IMG/VR virus record: IMGVR_UViG_3300007513_001104 | Source of the DNA: a virus | DNA: 64,000 nt | Direction: 5' to 3' (one strand) | Shown here: positions 48,055-58,144 of the stretch, one piece after another | Layout: every line of letters starts with the position of its first letter | Position numbering within the stretch: the stretch's first letter is position 1 | The notes under the pieces: generated by a model | Told to the model about the DNA's origin: nothing | Database searches by the model: none | What the model saw: the letters and a program-made list of their open reading frames with translations, nothing else | Made by a program: the position numbers and the translations under genes

Positions 48055-49032
48055 CTATCCTATCATAAATTGTGGGGGCAGTTCATAACTCTTCTGCATC
48101 TGCTCTTCTATTTGTACGATCTCCTGTTGTGCTTCTTGAAATATTTGATCCCCATTCAGTGTAACACCTCCTGGCATTTGAATACCTGAGAACTTACTCA
48201 TGTTAGAGCCCCATTGTCTTTTAATTAAAGCAGTGGCGTATTTCTTAAGAAACATATCATCATATACCTCTGTATATGTTGCAGGGTCTAATATAGCCCA
48301 AGCTTCTGCTACTAAATAATCACCGGGGTTAAATGTTTTGTCCCAGTCTGTGTCCATATAAAGTCTGTCTGTTTTTCTATTCCAACGTATTTGTCTGCTG
48401 CCTGCTAAAAGCATTTCTAGTGTAGTCAAATGACTTTGTACCACACTATAATATATCATGTCTGCTCCCATCAAGTTATATAAATCATTCATTCTAAATT
48501 GATACATTAAGTCAAACAATTCTCCATCTCTGGATACGTTAGTTGCTGCACCACCAAAGTTAAATACTCTTGTGATGCCTAATATATTATTACTAATAGG
48601 GATATATCCTTTTTCGATATCTCCCTGTGTATAGAAAGTGGTGGGGTGTAATGTCGCAACCGATCCGGATTCACTTCCAGTTATTTGTTCGCTTGCCACA
48701 AAATCTGCACTCCCCGTATCCATCTTCTCTACAGTAATATCCTGGCCTGTGCCAGATACTACCTTCGCTGAAGCACCAGAAGTGCCTCCTGTAATCGTCT
48801 CATTCTTTTGGAAGTTTGCCGCTACATTAGTTGTCAAGTGTACTTTGGAGCCTGTGACTGCGTGTTTGACAAACGTTCTCTCAACACCGTCGAAATGATA
48901 TTCTTGCCAATATTGTATGGCATCATCGACTCTGTCGGATACTTGTTGTTCATCCACATTTATTTCTATCACAGGAGCACCTAGTCTCCTTAGACAATAA
49001 TCCTGTAGATCCGTTCTACTAGCTAAAGCCAT
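48055..49032 (-). CDS. gp13: neck protein (gp13) with inserted beta domain
   Basis: YCLRRLG.PVIEINV, EYHFDG, ALIKRQWG.N.SKF.G..MPGGVTLNG. Confidence 0.95.
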   Translation of the reverse strand: MALASRTDLQDYCLRRLGAPVIEINVDEQQVSDRVDDAIQYWQEYHFDGVERTFVKHAVTGSKVHLTTNVAANFQKNETITGGTSGASAKVVSGTGQDITVEKMDTGSADFVASEQITGSESGSVATLHPTTFYTQGDIEKGYIPISNNILGITRVFNFGGAATNVSRDGELFDLMYQFRMNDLYNLMGADMIYYSVVQSHLTTLEMLLAGSRQIRWNRKTDRLYMDTDWDKTFNPGDYLVAEAWAILDPATYTEVYDDMFLKKYATALIKRQWGSNMSKFSGIQMPGGVTLNGDQIFQEAQQEIVQIEEQMQKSYELPPQFMIG

Positions 49033-49041
49033 AATCTACTC

Positions 49042-51270
49042 CTAGTTCAGTTTGGTACCGGCTGCGTTGTATATTGCTGTTCCTGTTATGGTTGCAGTAG
49101 AGCCTTCGCCCTGTGAATGAGAAATAGTTATACCATCTCCTCCACTTACTTGCGCCATGTAATTCCCTGTCGTATCTGTTCCTAAAGCAACACTATTTGC
49201 TGCTATAGTTAATGCTGTTGCTACGTTACCTGTTCCATCAAATGAACCACTACCTGTTACATCTCCTGTAAACGATAATGTTCTTGCTGTTTCTAGTGCT
49301 GTAGCTGTTGCTGCATTTCCTGTAGTATCTTGGTTTAATGTTCCTACTACTAAATCAATTGTATTATCACCATCTTGATAAGTTGCTGTAATACCTGTTT
49401 CAGTGTTAGAACTAAACATAGCTCCTACTGTGTCCGCTACAACCTCACTTAAATCTATGTTAGCAGTACCATCAAATGATACTCCATGGATTGTTCGTGC
49501 TGTTGCTAGCGCTGTTGCCGTAGCTGCTAAGCCAACGGCTATATTAGCTGTTCCATCAAATGATGTTCCGCCAATAGTTCTTGCTGTTTCTAATGCTGTT
49601 GCTGTTGCTGCATTTCCTGTAGTTGATCCTGAAGATCCACTTACATTTCCTGTTACGTTGCCTGTTAAAGCGCCTGCAAACAATGTTGAAGTTAGTAAAC
49701 CTGAACTTGGATTATAAGTTAATCCTGTATCTGTTTCTATTCCTTGTCCGCCTGTTGCGCCGTCTACGAATGTAGGGTAAACTGTTTCGTCTGTTGTGTT
49801 ATTAGCACTAGCCGTAACATTTGTTGCAGTTGTTGCTGTTGTTGCTGTATCTGCATTACCTGTAACATTTCCCGTAACGTTTCCTTCTAAGTTTGCTACT
49901 AAGGTGCCTGTTGTAATTGTTAAATTACCTGTACTTGCACCCGTAAAGGACCCTGTTCCTACTGTAAATTTATCTGCACTTTCATCATAACCGATGAACG
50001 CATTATCTGCACTTCCTCTTTCTATGACTAGACCGGCATCATTACCAGGTGTTCCTGATGTGCCGTTTGCTAATTCAATCAGCGCGTCTGTAATTGTTGT
50101 ATTCGTAGAATCTATTGTTGTGGTTGTACCATTAACATCTAGATTTCCACTAACTGTTACATCATTAAATTGAACATTGGAGTCTGTTGCGACTGCCTGT
50201 CCAATTGCTATTGTTGCTGTTGAACCTTCTGCTGGAGTATGTGTTACTGTAACACCTGTTCCGGCAGACGCGTCTGTCATATAGTTTCCTGTTGTATCAG
50301 TTCCTAGGGCTACACTATTTGCTGCTATGGTTAATGCTGTTGCAACATTTGCAGAGCCATCAACTGAACCACTACCTGTAACATCACCTGTAAAAGATAA
50401 TGTTCTAGCAGTTGTCCAGGAAGCTGCTGTTCCTGTTGTATTTTGATTAAGTGTTCCTACTGTAAAGTCTAAAGTTCCGTCTCCGTCTTCATACGCTACT
50501 GTAATACCACTTTCTGTATTTGAGCTAACCATTGCTCCAACAGTATCTTGTACTACTTCAGTTAAATCTATGTTTGCAGTACCATCAAATGATACTCCAT
50601 GGATTGTTCTGGCATTTTGTAATGCTGTAGCTGTTGCTGCATTACCTGTAGTTGATCCTGAAGATCCACTTACGTTACCTGTAACATCTCCTGTAACATC
50701 TCCTGTTAGATTTCCTGTAACAGAAGTTGTAGTTAAGACTCCAGAGCTAGGATTATATGTTAATCCTGTATCTGTTTCTGCGCCTTGACTTCCTGTTGCT
50801 CCATCTACAAAGATTGGATAAACTGTTTCGTTTGTACTGTTGTTAGCAGAAACTGTAATGTTATCTGCTGTACCTGTAGTGTCTTGGTTTAGTGTACCAA
50901 CCGCAATAGTTGTGCCTGATATACTTAACCCTGTTCCAGCTGTTAGCCATTGTGAGGCTCCTGCTGAATCATCCCAAAAGACAATTCTGTCTGCGTTGGG
51001 ATCTGATAAACTTTCAATTCCTAAGTGAGATAAACTAACCGTTGCACTTCCACTTGTCGCACCACCTGTTAATCCTGTTCCGGCTACGACTGCTGTAATG
51101 TCTCCAGTATTTAATTCTGAATACAAGGCAAGTCTATGCCCGCCTGCTGTTGAGCCGTCATGAACTCGAATATGATCTAAGGTAGTATCGACGGAAATTT
51201 CGCCTACAGCACCGGTGAACGCATCATTTTGAGTCGTCGTTCCCCTTCTAAATTGTACTTGTGTTGGCAT
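49042..51270 (-). CDS. fibre protein with Mtd_N-like N-terminus and internal duplication
   Basis: VQFRRGT...FTGA.GE..VDT....RVHDG.T.GG head; Thr/Gly-rich ARTI.GVSFDGTANI repeats. Confidence 0.85.
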   Translation of the reverse strand: MPTQVQFRRGTTTQNDAFTGAVGEISVDTTLDHIRVHDGSTAGGHRLALYSELNTGDITAVVAGTGLTGGATSGSATVSLSHLGIESLSDPNADRIVFWDDSAGASQWLTAGTGLSISGTTIAVGTLNQDTTGTADNITVSANNSTNETVYPIFVDGATGSQGAETDTGLTYNPSSGVLTTTSVTGNLTGDVTGDVTGNVSGSSGSTTGNAATATALQNARTIHGVSFDGTANIDLTEVVQDTVGAMVSSNTESGITVAYEDGDGTLDFTVGTLNQNTTGTAASWTTARTLSFTGDVTGSGSVDGSANVATALTIAANSVALGTDTTGNYMTDASAGTGVTVTHTPAEGSTATIAIGQAVATDSNVQFNDVTVSGNLDVNGTTTTIDSTNTTITDALIELANGTSGTPGNDAGLVIERGSADNAFIGYDESADKFTVGTGSFTGASTGNLTITTGTLVANLEGNVTGNVTGNADTATTATTATNVTASANNTTDETVYPTFVDGATGGQGIETDTGLTYNPSSGLLTSTLFAGALTGNVTGNVSGSSGSTTGNAATATALETARTIGGTSFDGTANIAVGLAATATALATARTIHGVSFDGTANIDLSEVVADTVGAMFSSNTETGITATYQDGDNTIDLVVGTLNQDTTGNAATATALETARTLSFTGDVTGSGSFDGTGNVATALTIAANSVALGTDTTGNYMAQVSGGDGITISHSQGEGSTATITGTAIYNAAGTKLN
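49080..50865 (-). repeat. two diverged copies (about 220-250 aa) within the fibre gene
   Basis: Approximately 50208-50865 and 49080-49821: NNxTxETVYPxFVDGATG...ARTIHGVSFDGTANIDL...ARTLSFTGDVTGSGS...ANSVALGTDTTGNYM...EGSTATI in both. Confidence 0.85.
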
Positions 51271-51283
51271 TGTTTTCTCCTAT

Positions 51284-51505
51284 TTAATATGTTCCGCCAT
51301 CTATTGTTCCGGATACATTTCCGCCTGGAATGTTTCCAGAAATATTAGCAGCCGAAGCGAGCATCATCTCGGTTCCGCCTGCTGTGCTTCCATCGTGGAC
51401 CCTAATAGCATTGTTAGTAGTATTAATGGAAATTTCACCTGCCGCACCTGTGAACGCATTGTTCTGAGCTGCTGTTCCTCTCCTAAATTGTACTGTAACT
51501 GCCAT
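51284..51505 (-). CDS. mini fibre/adaptor protein
   Basis: Same VQFRRGT...VHDGSTAGG module as the next gene, ending IDGGTY. Confidence 0.8.
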   Translation of the reverse strand: MAVTVQFRRGTAAQNNAFTGAAGEISINTTNNAIRVHDGSTAGGTEMMLASAANISGNIPGGNVSGTIDGGTY

Positions 51506-51527
51506 TTGTTTTCCTCTAAATTATTGG

Positions 51528-51863
51528 TTATGAAAAAGCGCCTAAGTCTTCAGTAGCGACCCTCATTTTAATAGTAGGATTAACTGAAGTGTAATCTCCT
51601 TTCAGATCATAGATTTTATCTATTAACTGTCCAAAGGCATCTTCACTCAATGCGTTTGCAACACTACCATAATCTCCTGTTGGGAAGATTAAGGATTGGT
51701 CTGCTTCAGTATAATTAGAAACGTTAATAATGGAATCGTTTGAATCCCTAACGTAGATCTTTTTATCTGCGGTATTTAATGCAACTTCTCCGACTGCGAG
51801 ATCTGAGGTTGTTGGTGCATCACTTGCCGTTTCAGATTTTTTAATCTTAATTACTACTGCCAT
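51528..51863 (-). CDS. mini fibre/adaptor protein
   Basis: IKIKKS...P....L..GE.A.N..D.KIY module; DYG and DLG motifs. Confidence 0.75.
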   Translation of the reverse strand: MAVVIKIKKSETASDAPTTSDLAVGEVALNTADKKIYVRDSNDSIINVSNYTEADQSLIFPTGDYGSVANALSEDAFGQLIDKIYDLKGDYTSVNPTIKMRVATEDLGAFS

Positions 51864-51867
51864 GTTT

Positions 51868-52179
51868 TTACTCCTCTATAAATTGTCCAGATGCGTCTCT
51901 TTTCTTCTTTGAACCTGGCCTAGCATTCATTTTCGGTTCAGGGGCAGGTGTAGGTGCTGCTTTTTCTTTGGGTGCTTCTTGAGCTTTTCCAAAGCCTCCG
52001 CCGTCTTGCACCTGCGTTTCCTGTTCTTTCTGTGCTCTTGCCACGTTATTCGTTTCCAAAAGACTTAATCTAGTTTTTAATAAAATGTTTTCCGCTTGTA
52101 ACTCGTTGACTTTCGCCGCTAAGTTTTTAATATATTCATTAATCAGTTCACTTTGATCATTTTGTTGTGTCATTGTCAT
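51868..52179 (-). CDS. coiled-coil hypothetical protein
   Basis: YIKNLAAKVNELQAENILLKTRL heptads; located within fibre genes. Confidence 0.7.
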   Translation of the reverse strand: MTMTQQNDQSELINEYIKNLAAKVNELQAENILLKTRLSLLETNNVARAQKEQETQVQDGGGFGKAQEAPKEKAAPTPAPEPKMNARPGSKKKRDASGQFIEE

Positions 52180-52194
52180 TCCCTATAATTAAAA

Positions 52195-53505
52195 TTAGTA
52201 TGAACCACCATCTAATGTGTTAGTCCATGCTGGTGTCCCACTATTAGAATACATGATATATCCATTGGCTCCAGCTGCAGTTGCTTGTATAGCTCCTGCT
52301 CCGTTACCATATAGTACACCATTGCTTGTAAAAGTGCTTACGCCCGTTCCACCATCTGCTACTACTAGATCAGTAATACCTGTGATTGTTCCACCTGTAA
52401 TTGTAGCGCTAGATGATTCTAGAGCTGCAACAAGTGTTCCAACCGCGTATCCTGTTCCACCAGTATTTACAGTTGTTGTAGGAGCGGCTTGTAAATCTTT
52501 AAAGAGTTTCCACTTACCTGAATCGGAAGCGTCTCTAAAAAGACCACCGTATAAGTCTTGTGAACCTGAAGTATCAAATAAGCCGTATAAACCAATATCA
52601 ACAGCGTCAGAGCTGTTATTACCGGAAGCTAATATGATCAATGGATCTGCAACACTTAAAGTTGTGGAATCAACTGTTGTAGTTGTTCCTGATACTGTTA
52701 AATTACCACCAATTGTTACATTGCTAGGTAATCCAATAGTTATTTTATTGTTTGAAACTGTTGTTTCAACTTCATTGGTTGTTCCTTCGAAAGTTAATGT
52801 GTCAGTTCCTACAGTTACAGTATCATTCGATCCTGAATCTGCTGCAATAGTCAGTGTTGAACTTGTTGCTGCTGTAGTGGCCGCTGTTATACGTCCTTGA
52901 GCATCAATAGTTATAACTGGAATTGCTGAACTTGAACCATAAGCTCCTGCTGTAACTGCTGTGTTATCTAGTGTAGCTGTAACTGTTGTTCCAGAAGCAC
53001 TTGTAGAAATACCTGTGCCACCAGCAATAGTTAAAGTTTCAGAATCTAGATCAACATCAATAGTACCGGAGTCAGACGTTACGTCCATATCCTGTGCTGT
53101 TACTTGGGAGTCAACATAAGCTTTCACGGATTGCTGTGTTGGAATCAACGTAGCACTGTTCGAAGCCATATTGTCTTCGTCAACGAATGCTGTCGCTGTT
53201 ATACTTCCATCACTAAGCGAACCAAAGGTGATAGTGCCACCTGCGAAATTACCACTACCATCTCGTACGACGAGTCTGCTAGCTGTATTCGCTGATGCTG
53301 CGTTATCAATAATGTCGGTGTAGTATTTACCACCAATCTCTTGTATTACTTCTGACCCGCCAGAGTCAATTGAACTAATATAGAGTTTAGCGGAGGCACC
53401 ACTATTCGACCTATCCTCAGCGTACGCCAATTCAGCTTCAACCAAATCACCTGTAGCAGGAGCTGCTGAGCCCGTGCTTCTTTTAATTTGAATTGTAGTT
53501 GCCAT
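52195..53505 (-). CDS. fibre protein
   Basis: IQIKRS...P....L..AELAY head; Thr/Gly-rich; [15 protein letters not shown]; ends LDGGSY. Confidence 0.85.
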   Translation of the reverse strand: MATTIQIKRSTGSAAPATGDLVEAELAYAEDRSNSGASAKLYISSIDSGGSEVIQEIGGKYYTDIIDNAASANTASRLVVRDGSGNFAGGTITFGSLSDGSITATAFVDEDNMASNSATLIPTQQSVKAYVDSQVTAQDMDVTSDSGTIDVDLDSETLTIAGGTGISTSASGTTVTATLDNTAVTAGAYGSSSAIPVITIDAQGRITAATTAATSSTLTIAADSGSNDTVTVGTDTLTFEGTTNEVETTVSNNKITIGLPSNVTIGGNLTVSGTTTTVDSTTLSVADPLIILASGNNSSDAVDIGLYGLFDTSGSQDLYGGLFRDASDSGKWKLFKDLQAAPTTTVNTGGTGYAVGTLVAALESSSATITGGTITGITDLVVADGGTGVSTFTSNGVLYGNGAGAIQATAAGANGYIMYSNSGTPAWTNTLDGGSY

Positions 53506-53547
53506 TTAAATTTCTCCTAGTTAAATGTTTTGTTTTTAAATTTCATG

Positions 53548-53790
53548 TTAAAATGTTCCACCATCGATAGTAGTAGGTGGCGCTGCATATAATGTTTGCG
53601 CTACCCATTTATTTACTGTCGTGTCATAAACTAATGTGTAACCATCTTGTACACCAGATGTATCTACACTTGATAGATCATCTAATGAAGTCCCCACTTT
53701 AGCAGAAGTTGTTTGTGTTGTAACAACACGCGTTGCTCCTAAACCTACGTTTACTTTCAGTCCGGACTGCGGTGTAACTGTTACTGCCAT
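53548..53790 (-). CDS. small fibre-associated protein
   Basis: LDDLSSVD....DG..LVYD....KW motif; ends IDGGTF. Confidence 0.75.
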   Translation of the reverse strand: MAVTVTPQSGLKVNVGLGATRVVTTQTTSAKVGTSLDDLSSVDTSGVQDGYTLVYDTTVNKWVAQTLYAAPPTTIDGGTF

Positions 53791-53799
53791 TTTATCCTC

Positions 53800-54138
53800 C
53801 TATGCTGCCTTTGTTACCTGTGGGGTTACTGTTACGAGGCCTTCTAATACTCTAAGAGTTTCCACAGGATCTGTTCCTGTGATCTCTACATCATAAACAT
53901 ACCGGCCTGCTTTGATTGCCGTTGTTTGTGCTGCTGTCAATGAGATTGTTACTTCCCCTGTAGCGTCTACTTTTGCCGTGGTAAAGTCTGTTTTTGTCGT
54001 CCCCTCGTATGATTTTCTCATTTGTGATGCTATTGTATAATTCGCTAAATTCTTTGCTGAATTATCATCATTCGTGAGATTAATCGTCAGACTAAACGTC
54101 GTACCTTGGTCAATAGTTATATTTTGTACAGTGGCCAT
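53800..54138 (-). CDS. BppU-N-like virion adaptor protein
   Basis: IDQGTTF, SQMRKSY, ISLTA.QT..IKAGRYVYDVEI, RVLEG.VTVTP. Confidence 0.75.
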   Translation of the reverse strand: MATVQNITIDQGTTFSLTINLTNDDNSAKNLANYTIASQMRKSYEGTTKTDFTTAKVDATGEVTISLTAAQTTAIKAGRYVYDVEITGTDPVETLRVLEGLVTVTPQVTKAA

Positions 54139-54170
54139 CTCGCAATCTCTAAAAAAATGTTATTTAATCT

Positions 54171-54182
54171 TATTTATAAATA
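54171..54182. promoter_or_regulatory. palindromic back-to-back late promoters (TATTTATAAATA)
   Basis: 12-bp palindrome giving TATAAATA on both strands in the 67-bp gap between divergent operons. Confidence 0.8.
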
Positions 54183-54205
54183 ATAGTGACTCTAATGAGA
54201 ATATT

Positions 54206-54871
54206 ATGAAAACTATTTTGACATTAAAATATGGCGACAAATATACTGCAAATGCCGTCAATTCAATATATGAACATACTGAAGGAAAGTATAATTATGT
54301 ATGCGTAACCGATGATCCAAAGGACTTGGACCCTAATATACAAGTTATTTATATGGACGACGAACCCGATCCAGGGTGTATGGAAAAATTAAACTTATTT
54401 AAACATAATAACCTTGGAACCATACTGTATTTAGACTTAGACGTTAGAATTCAGAAGCCAATTGACCATTTGTTTGATTATTATCAAGGAAATCCCTTAA
54501 TAATATGGACCTGGTGGAAAGATAAAGGATATAAACAAATGAATATCCATGATTTTCCATACAGATCTGACTTTCCACTAAGTAATTTCAACTCAAGCGT
54601 AATGCTTTGGGAAGATCTTACACATATTTACGAATATTATAATGAGAAAAAAGATGAATATATAGTAAAGTATCCTAATGGAGATGATACGTTTTTATAT
54701 CATGAAGGGTTTACATTTGAACACTTACCAAAGCATGAAGTGTATTCATATCTATTTGCAGGAAGAAAATATAGACCTGAATACTCAATATGTATATTAA
54801 ATGGGCTAACACACTGGCCGGAGATTGAAAAAGAATATGATGAACTTTGTTTGCATCAAGTGGGGCACTAA
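54206..54871 (+). CDS. GT-A (GT8-like) glycosyltransferase paralog 1
   Basis: KYGDKY, CVTD, YLDLD (DxD), FNSSVMLW, GDD, YSY; track ORF starts 54074. Confidence 0.75.
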   Translation: MKTILTLKYGDKYTANAVNSIYEHTEGKYNYVCVTDDPKDLDPNIQVIYMDDEPDPGCMEKLNLFKHNNLGTILYLDLDVRIQKPIDHLFDYYQGNPLIIWTWWKDKGYKQMNIHDFPYRSDFPLSNFNSSVMLWEDLTHIYEYYNEKKDEYIVKYPNGDDTFLYHEGFTFEHLPKHEVYSYLFAGRKYRPEYSICILNGLTHWPEIEKEYDELCLHQVGH

Positions 54872-55604
54872 ATACTCACCTAAATATGTAAATAACCTGT
54901 ACCATATGGTGCAGAAAAACTACCATAAAGATTTTACCTTTACATGTTTTACTGATGAGCCTAAAGGTTTGGACTGTTCCACGGAAAAAATACCTGATAT
55001 AGAACCACTACATCCTAAGTATTGGTTTGGAAAAGAGAATTATTGTTGGGACAGATCTAAGTTTCTTGTATTTAACTCTCACGAATGGCTTGGATATGTA
55101 GGGAAATGGACCTACTTTGACCTTGACGTAATAATACAAAACGACATAACCGACTTAGACGAACTAGCCTTAAAACCTAGAATTGTACATAGCACTTGGC
55201 AAGACCCTAGACATAAACACGATAGAAAATTTATAGAAGTTCGTGGTACATACTTCAATTCAAGTATGATGTGTTGGAACATGGATCAATGTCAACATAT
55301 ATTCATGGACGCAATACAAGAAGAACAACAAATTTTTAGAACGTTCTTTAAAGGGACAGATAACTATCACTATTGGAGACAAAGAGACTTCTGGACTAAC
55401 ATACCTTATGAGTGGACATACTCATATAACAGAGGAATGCGCTATCCAGACGATTTAGAACGACATAAATATAGAGAAGATTGTAAACTTTGTATCTTTA
55501 ATACGGATTTAACTCCGCATCCGATAGCAAAGGGACAGATTAAAATTGATGAATTACAAGATGAGAAACTTTTGAGACTTTGGAATGGTAACACTAATAG
55601 CTAA
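54837..55604 (+). CDS. GT-A (GT8-like) glycosyltransferase paralog 2
   Basis: KWGTKY, CFTD, YFDLD, FNSSMMCW, GTDNY, YSY. Confidence 0.78.
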   Translation: MMNFVCIKWGTKYSPKYVNNLYHMVQKNYHKDFTFTCFTDEPKGLDCSTEKIPDIEPLHPKYWFGKENYCWDRSKFLVFNSHEWLGYVGKWTYFDLDVIIQNDITDLDELALKPRIVHSTWQDPRHKHDRKFIEVRGTYFNSSMMCWNMDQCQHIFMDAIQEEQQIFRTFFKGTDNYHYWRQRDFWTNIPYEWTYSYNRGMRYPDDLERHKYREDCKLCIFNTDLTPHPIAKGQIKIDELQDEKLLRLWNGNTNS

Positions 55605-57123
55605 TCAGCTAGACAGCAATTATAGCCAACGGCAAATTAATGCCTTTTATACTCAGGCGAAAAAACTGATTGAAGATCCTTTTGACTTCGTTGTATTCAC
55701 TAATGAAGATGAAATGAAGTTATTAGAAACTACAAAAAAGGTAGAAGGTTATATACAAGGTATAACTTTCCATGTTCCTAAATACGGAAAAGACTGGTTA
55801 GAGATAGATATAATGCAACATACAGAACCAGGCGATGTGTCTTTATTTGTAACTCCTAATGTCATACTTAATAATCCTACAGAATTTTTTAACTATAAGT
55901 GCAAAGGTATAGATAAATTAATATTAGAAGACGGAAATTTTTGTTATGTATGTAATCGTAATGAGAGTGCAGAGAATATATTAACACTATGGGATGAACA
56001 TGAAGATGATATGACCTTTAAACATCATTCTTTTGGTGAGGCCTTTTATAGTAATGAAGTTCCTGAGTTCTCTTTTATACAAAACACAAACCATAACTAT
56101 CCAGAAAAGACTGATGGAGATATAGTGGTGTTACCTTATTGGTATGAAGACTTTACAAAAGAGCAATTAGAATTAAGTTATAATAGAGAAACAGATCTTT
56201 ATCCTTATTTGCCAGAAAGAGTTGAAATGGAATTGTCTAATGGTAAAGATCACTTAACAAGAAAACTAATAGAAAATAATTTTGACTTTGACTTTATAAC
56301 AAGATCTAAATTTAAAAGGATTACTCTTGTAGGTGAACCCATTACATGTCCAGAAATAATTGAGATATGTCAATACTTAATGGCTGACTGGGGCATAGCA
56401 ATTGATATGGAAACAGAGGCAAAAGAACATGATCTTATATGGTGGAATAATTTAGGAGTATTGTTTTATAATAATTTTGTTTCAGAGTGGAATGAAAAAT
56501 ATAATGAAAGCGCTAAAAATATTGGTAATATAACTATCCACATAAACACATCTAATCCAGACGAAGAAGTTATGAAAAGAGCTGATGCATTAATAGAACA
56601 AGGTTGTAGAGTCTTTTGGCACTATACTCAAACACATTTATCACAAGTAGAAGATTTAGCAAAAGCTAAAAAACTATCTAAGAAACATAAATTTACTGGC
56701 TTCGTATATAAAAATGAAATGAAAGAAGAAGTCAAACCAATAAAGAAAAAGATTAAAAAGGAAATGCCTGATTATAGTCTTATAGATTTTCACACTCTAA
56801 AAACCGTACAACAAGACGACATATATAAAGAAAGGAAGATAGTTTTTAGTCCTCATGTTGAATGCGAAGGTAAACTTAAAAATCAATTTTACTTAAACGC
56901 TGAAGGAAATGTTTTTCCGTGCAAACATGTAGCATCAAATGTTACAACAGCACACAAATCTCCCGAACATAAAACAGAACTATTATATGATTGGGACAAG
57001 AATAATATTAGTAATAATAATTTGGAGACTATATTTACTAATGATTTTTATAAAGGGTACTTTAATAATTTATTAAAATTGAACCCGCAAGTAATACATA
57101 ATGAACAGGAAGGAATATGTTAA
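55585..57123 (+). CDS. degenerate GT-like domain fused to a radical-SAM/SPASM-like domain lacking CxxxCxxC
   Basis: N-terminus follows the GT paralog pattern (FVVFTNE) without DxD; VGEP, INTS and YLNAEGNVFPC resemble radical SAM/SPASM. Confidence 0.5.
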   Translation: MVTLIANQLDSNYSQRQINAFYTQAKKLIEDPFDFVVFTNEDEMKLLETTKKVEGYIQGITFHVPKYGKDWLEIDIMQHTEPGDVSLFVTPNVILNNPTEFFNYKCKGIDKLILEDGNFCYVCNRNESAENILTLWDEHEDDMTFKHHSFGEAFYSNEVPEFSFIQNTNHNYPEKTDGDIVVLPYWYEDFTKEQLELSYNRETDLYPYLPERVEMELSNGKDHLTRKLIENNFDFDFITRSKFKRITLVGEPITCPEIIEICQYLMADWGIAIDMETEAKEHDLIWWNNLGVLFYNNFVSEWNEKYNESAKNIGNITIHINTSNPDEEVMKRADALIEQGCRVFWHYTQTHLSQVEDLAKAKKLSKKHKFTGFVYKNEMKEEVKPIKKKIKKEMPDYSLIDFHTLKTVQQDDIYKERKIVFSPHVECEGKLKNQFYLNAEGNVFPCKHVASNVTTAHKSPEHKTELLYDWDKNNISNNNLETIFTNDFYKGYFNNLLKLNPQVIHNEQEGIC

Positions 57124-57338
57124 AAGTAAAAAATGGAATTATAATAGAAGGAAATTTTGATAAACAGGAAGGTAAATTGCCTAAGTTAGTAAGAGAGGCA
57201 AGTTTTTCTACTATCATAGTTCATTCAAATTTAAATGAGTTCGAAGAAAAATGTAAAGCTATTGTTGATCTACTCGCAGGAGAAGGAATACAATACGCTA
57301 AAAAATATGTTATAGCAAGGGCAGCTTATGAGAGTTAA
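57117..57338 (+). CDS. hypothetical protein
   Basis: Overlaps both neighbours; SD upstream. Confidence 0.6.
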   Translation: MLKVKNGIIIEGNFDKQEGKLPKLVREASFSTIIVHSNLNEFEEKCKAIVDLLAGEGIQYAKKYVIARAAYES

Positions 57339-58140
57339 TATTGTATGTTCAAAATGGGGTAGCAAATATGGTCCTCATTTTGTAAATCGATTAAAAAATA
57401 TGGCAAGGAGACATACAGATCCTAAACACGACTTCCACTTCTACTGTTATACAGATGATGCTGAAGGTTTTGATGATGATATAAAAGTAATTCCTTTTCC
57501 GGATATACCTAATATACATCCTAAGTATTGGTTTGAAAAAGACGACTTTAAATATGGCATGGCAAGATGTTGGGATAGACCTAAAACAATGGTATTCAAT
57601 ACACATAATTTTGCTGAGGATAAACCAACAGGCAGATTTGTATTCTTTGATTTAGATGTTATCATACAAAATGATATAGAACCTTTACTCACTTGGAATT
57701 TTGAACGCCCAACCAAGTTGAGATCATGGTGGCAAGACCCTAGGCCAATGAAAACAAGACGATTTAAATTATCACATGGTGCATATACGAATGGCAGTTG
57801 TCAAATATGGAGCGACGATCAAGCAGAATGTATATGGCAAGATGTATTAGAACATCAGGATAAAATTTGGTTTACATTTACAGACGGAACAGACAATTAT
57901 CACAGTTGGAGATGGGGTAATTGGGGCAAAAAATTATGGGATCATTTTCCAGCAGAGTATGCTTACTCGTATAACCGAGGACGCAGTTGGGACGATGATG
58001 ATTTAGAAACAAAAATCTACAGGGAAACACCTATCCTCTGTGTATTTAATGTAGACCTACTACCACAACCTACACCTGAAAGAGGAAAAGTTAAACAGAA
58101 TGAGTTAGTTGATCCAAACTTATTAAAGCATTGGCAATAA
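57328..58140 (+). CDS. GT-A (GT8-like) glycosyltransferase paralog 3
   Basis: KWGSKY, CYTD, FFDLD, NGSCQIW, GTDNY, YSY; closest to paralog 2 (HPKYWF, WQDPR). Confidence 0.78.
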   Translation: MRVNIVCSKWGSKYGPHFVNRLKNMARRHTDPKHDFHFYCYTDDAEGFDDDIKVIPFPDIPNIHPKYWFEKDDFKYGMARCWDRPKTMVFNTHNFAEDKPTGRFVFFDLDVIIQNDIEPLLTWNFERPTKLRSWWQDPRPMKTRRFKLSHGAYTNGSCQIWSDDQAECIWQDVLEHQDKIWFTFTDGTDNYHSWRWGNWGKKLWDHFPAEYAYSYNRGRSWDDDDLETKIYRETPILCVFNVDLLPQPTPERGKVKQNELVDPNLLKHWQ

Positions 58141-58144
58141 ATAT

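Noticed and set aside
49042-51505. Diversity-generating retroelement targeting the Mtd_N-like fibres
   Set aside because: No reverse transcriptase, C-type lectin tip or adenine-specific TR/VR pair seen; the repeats are in-frame coding duplications
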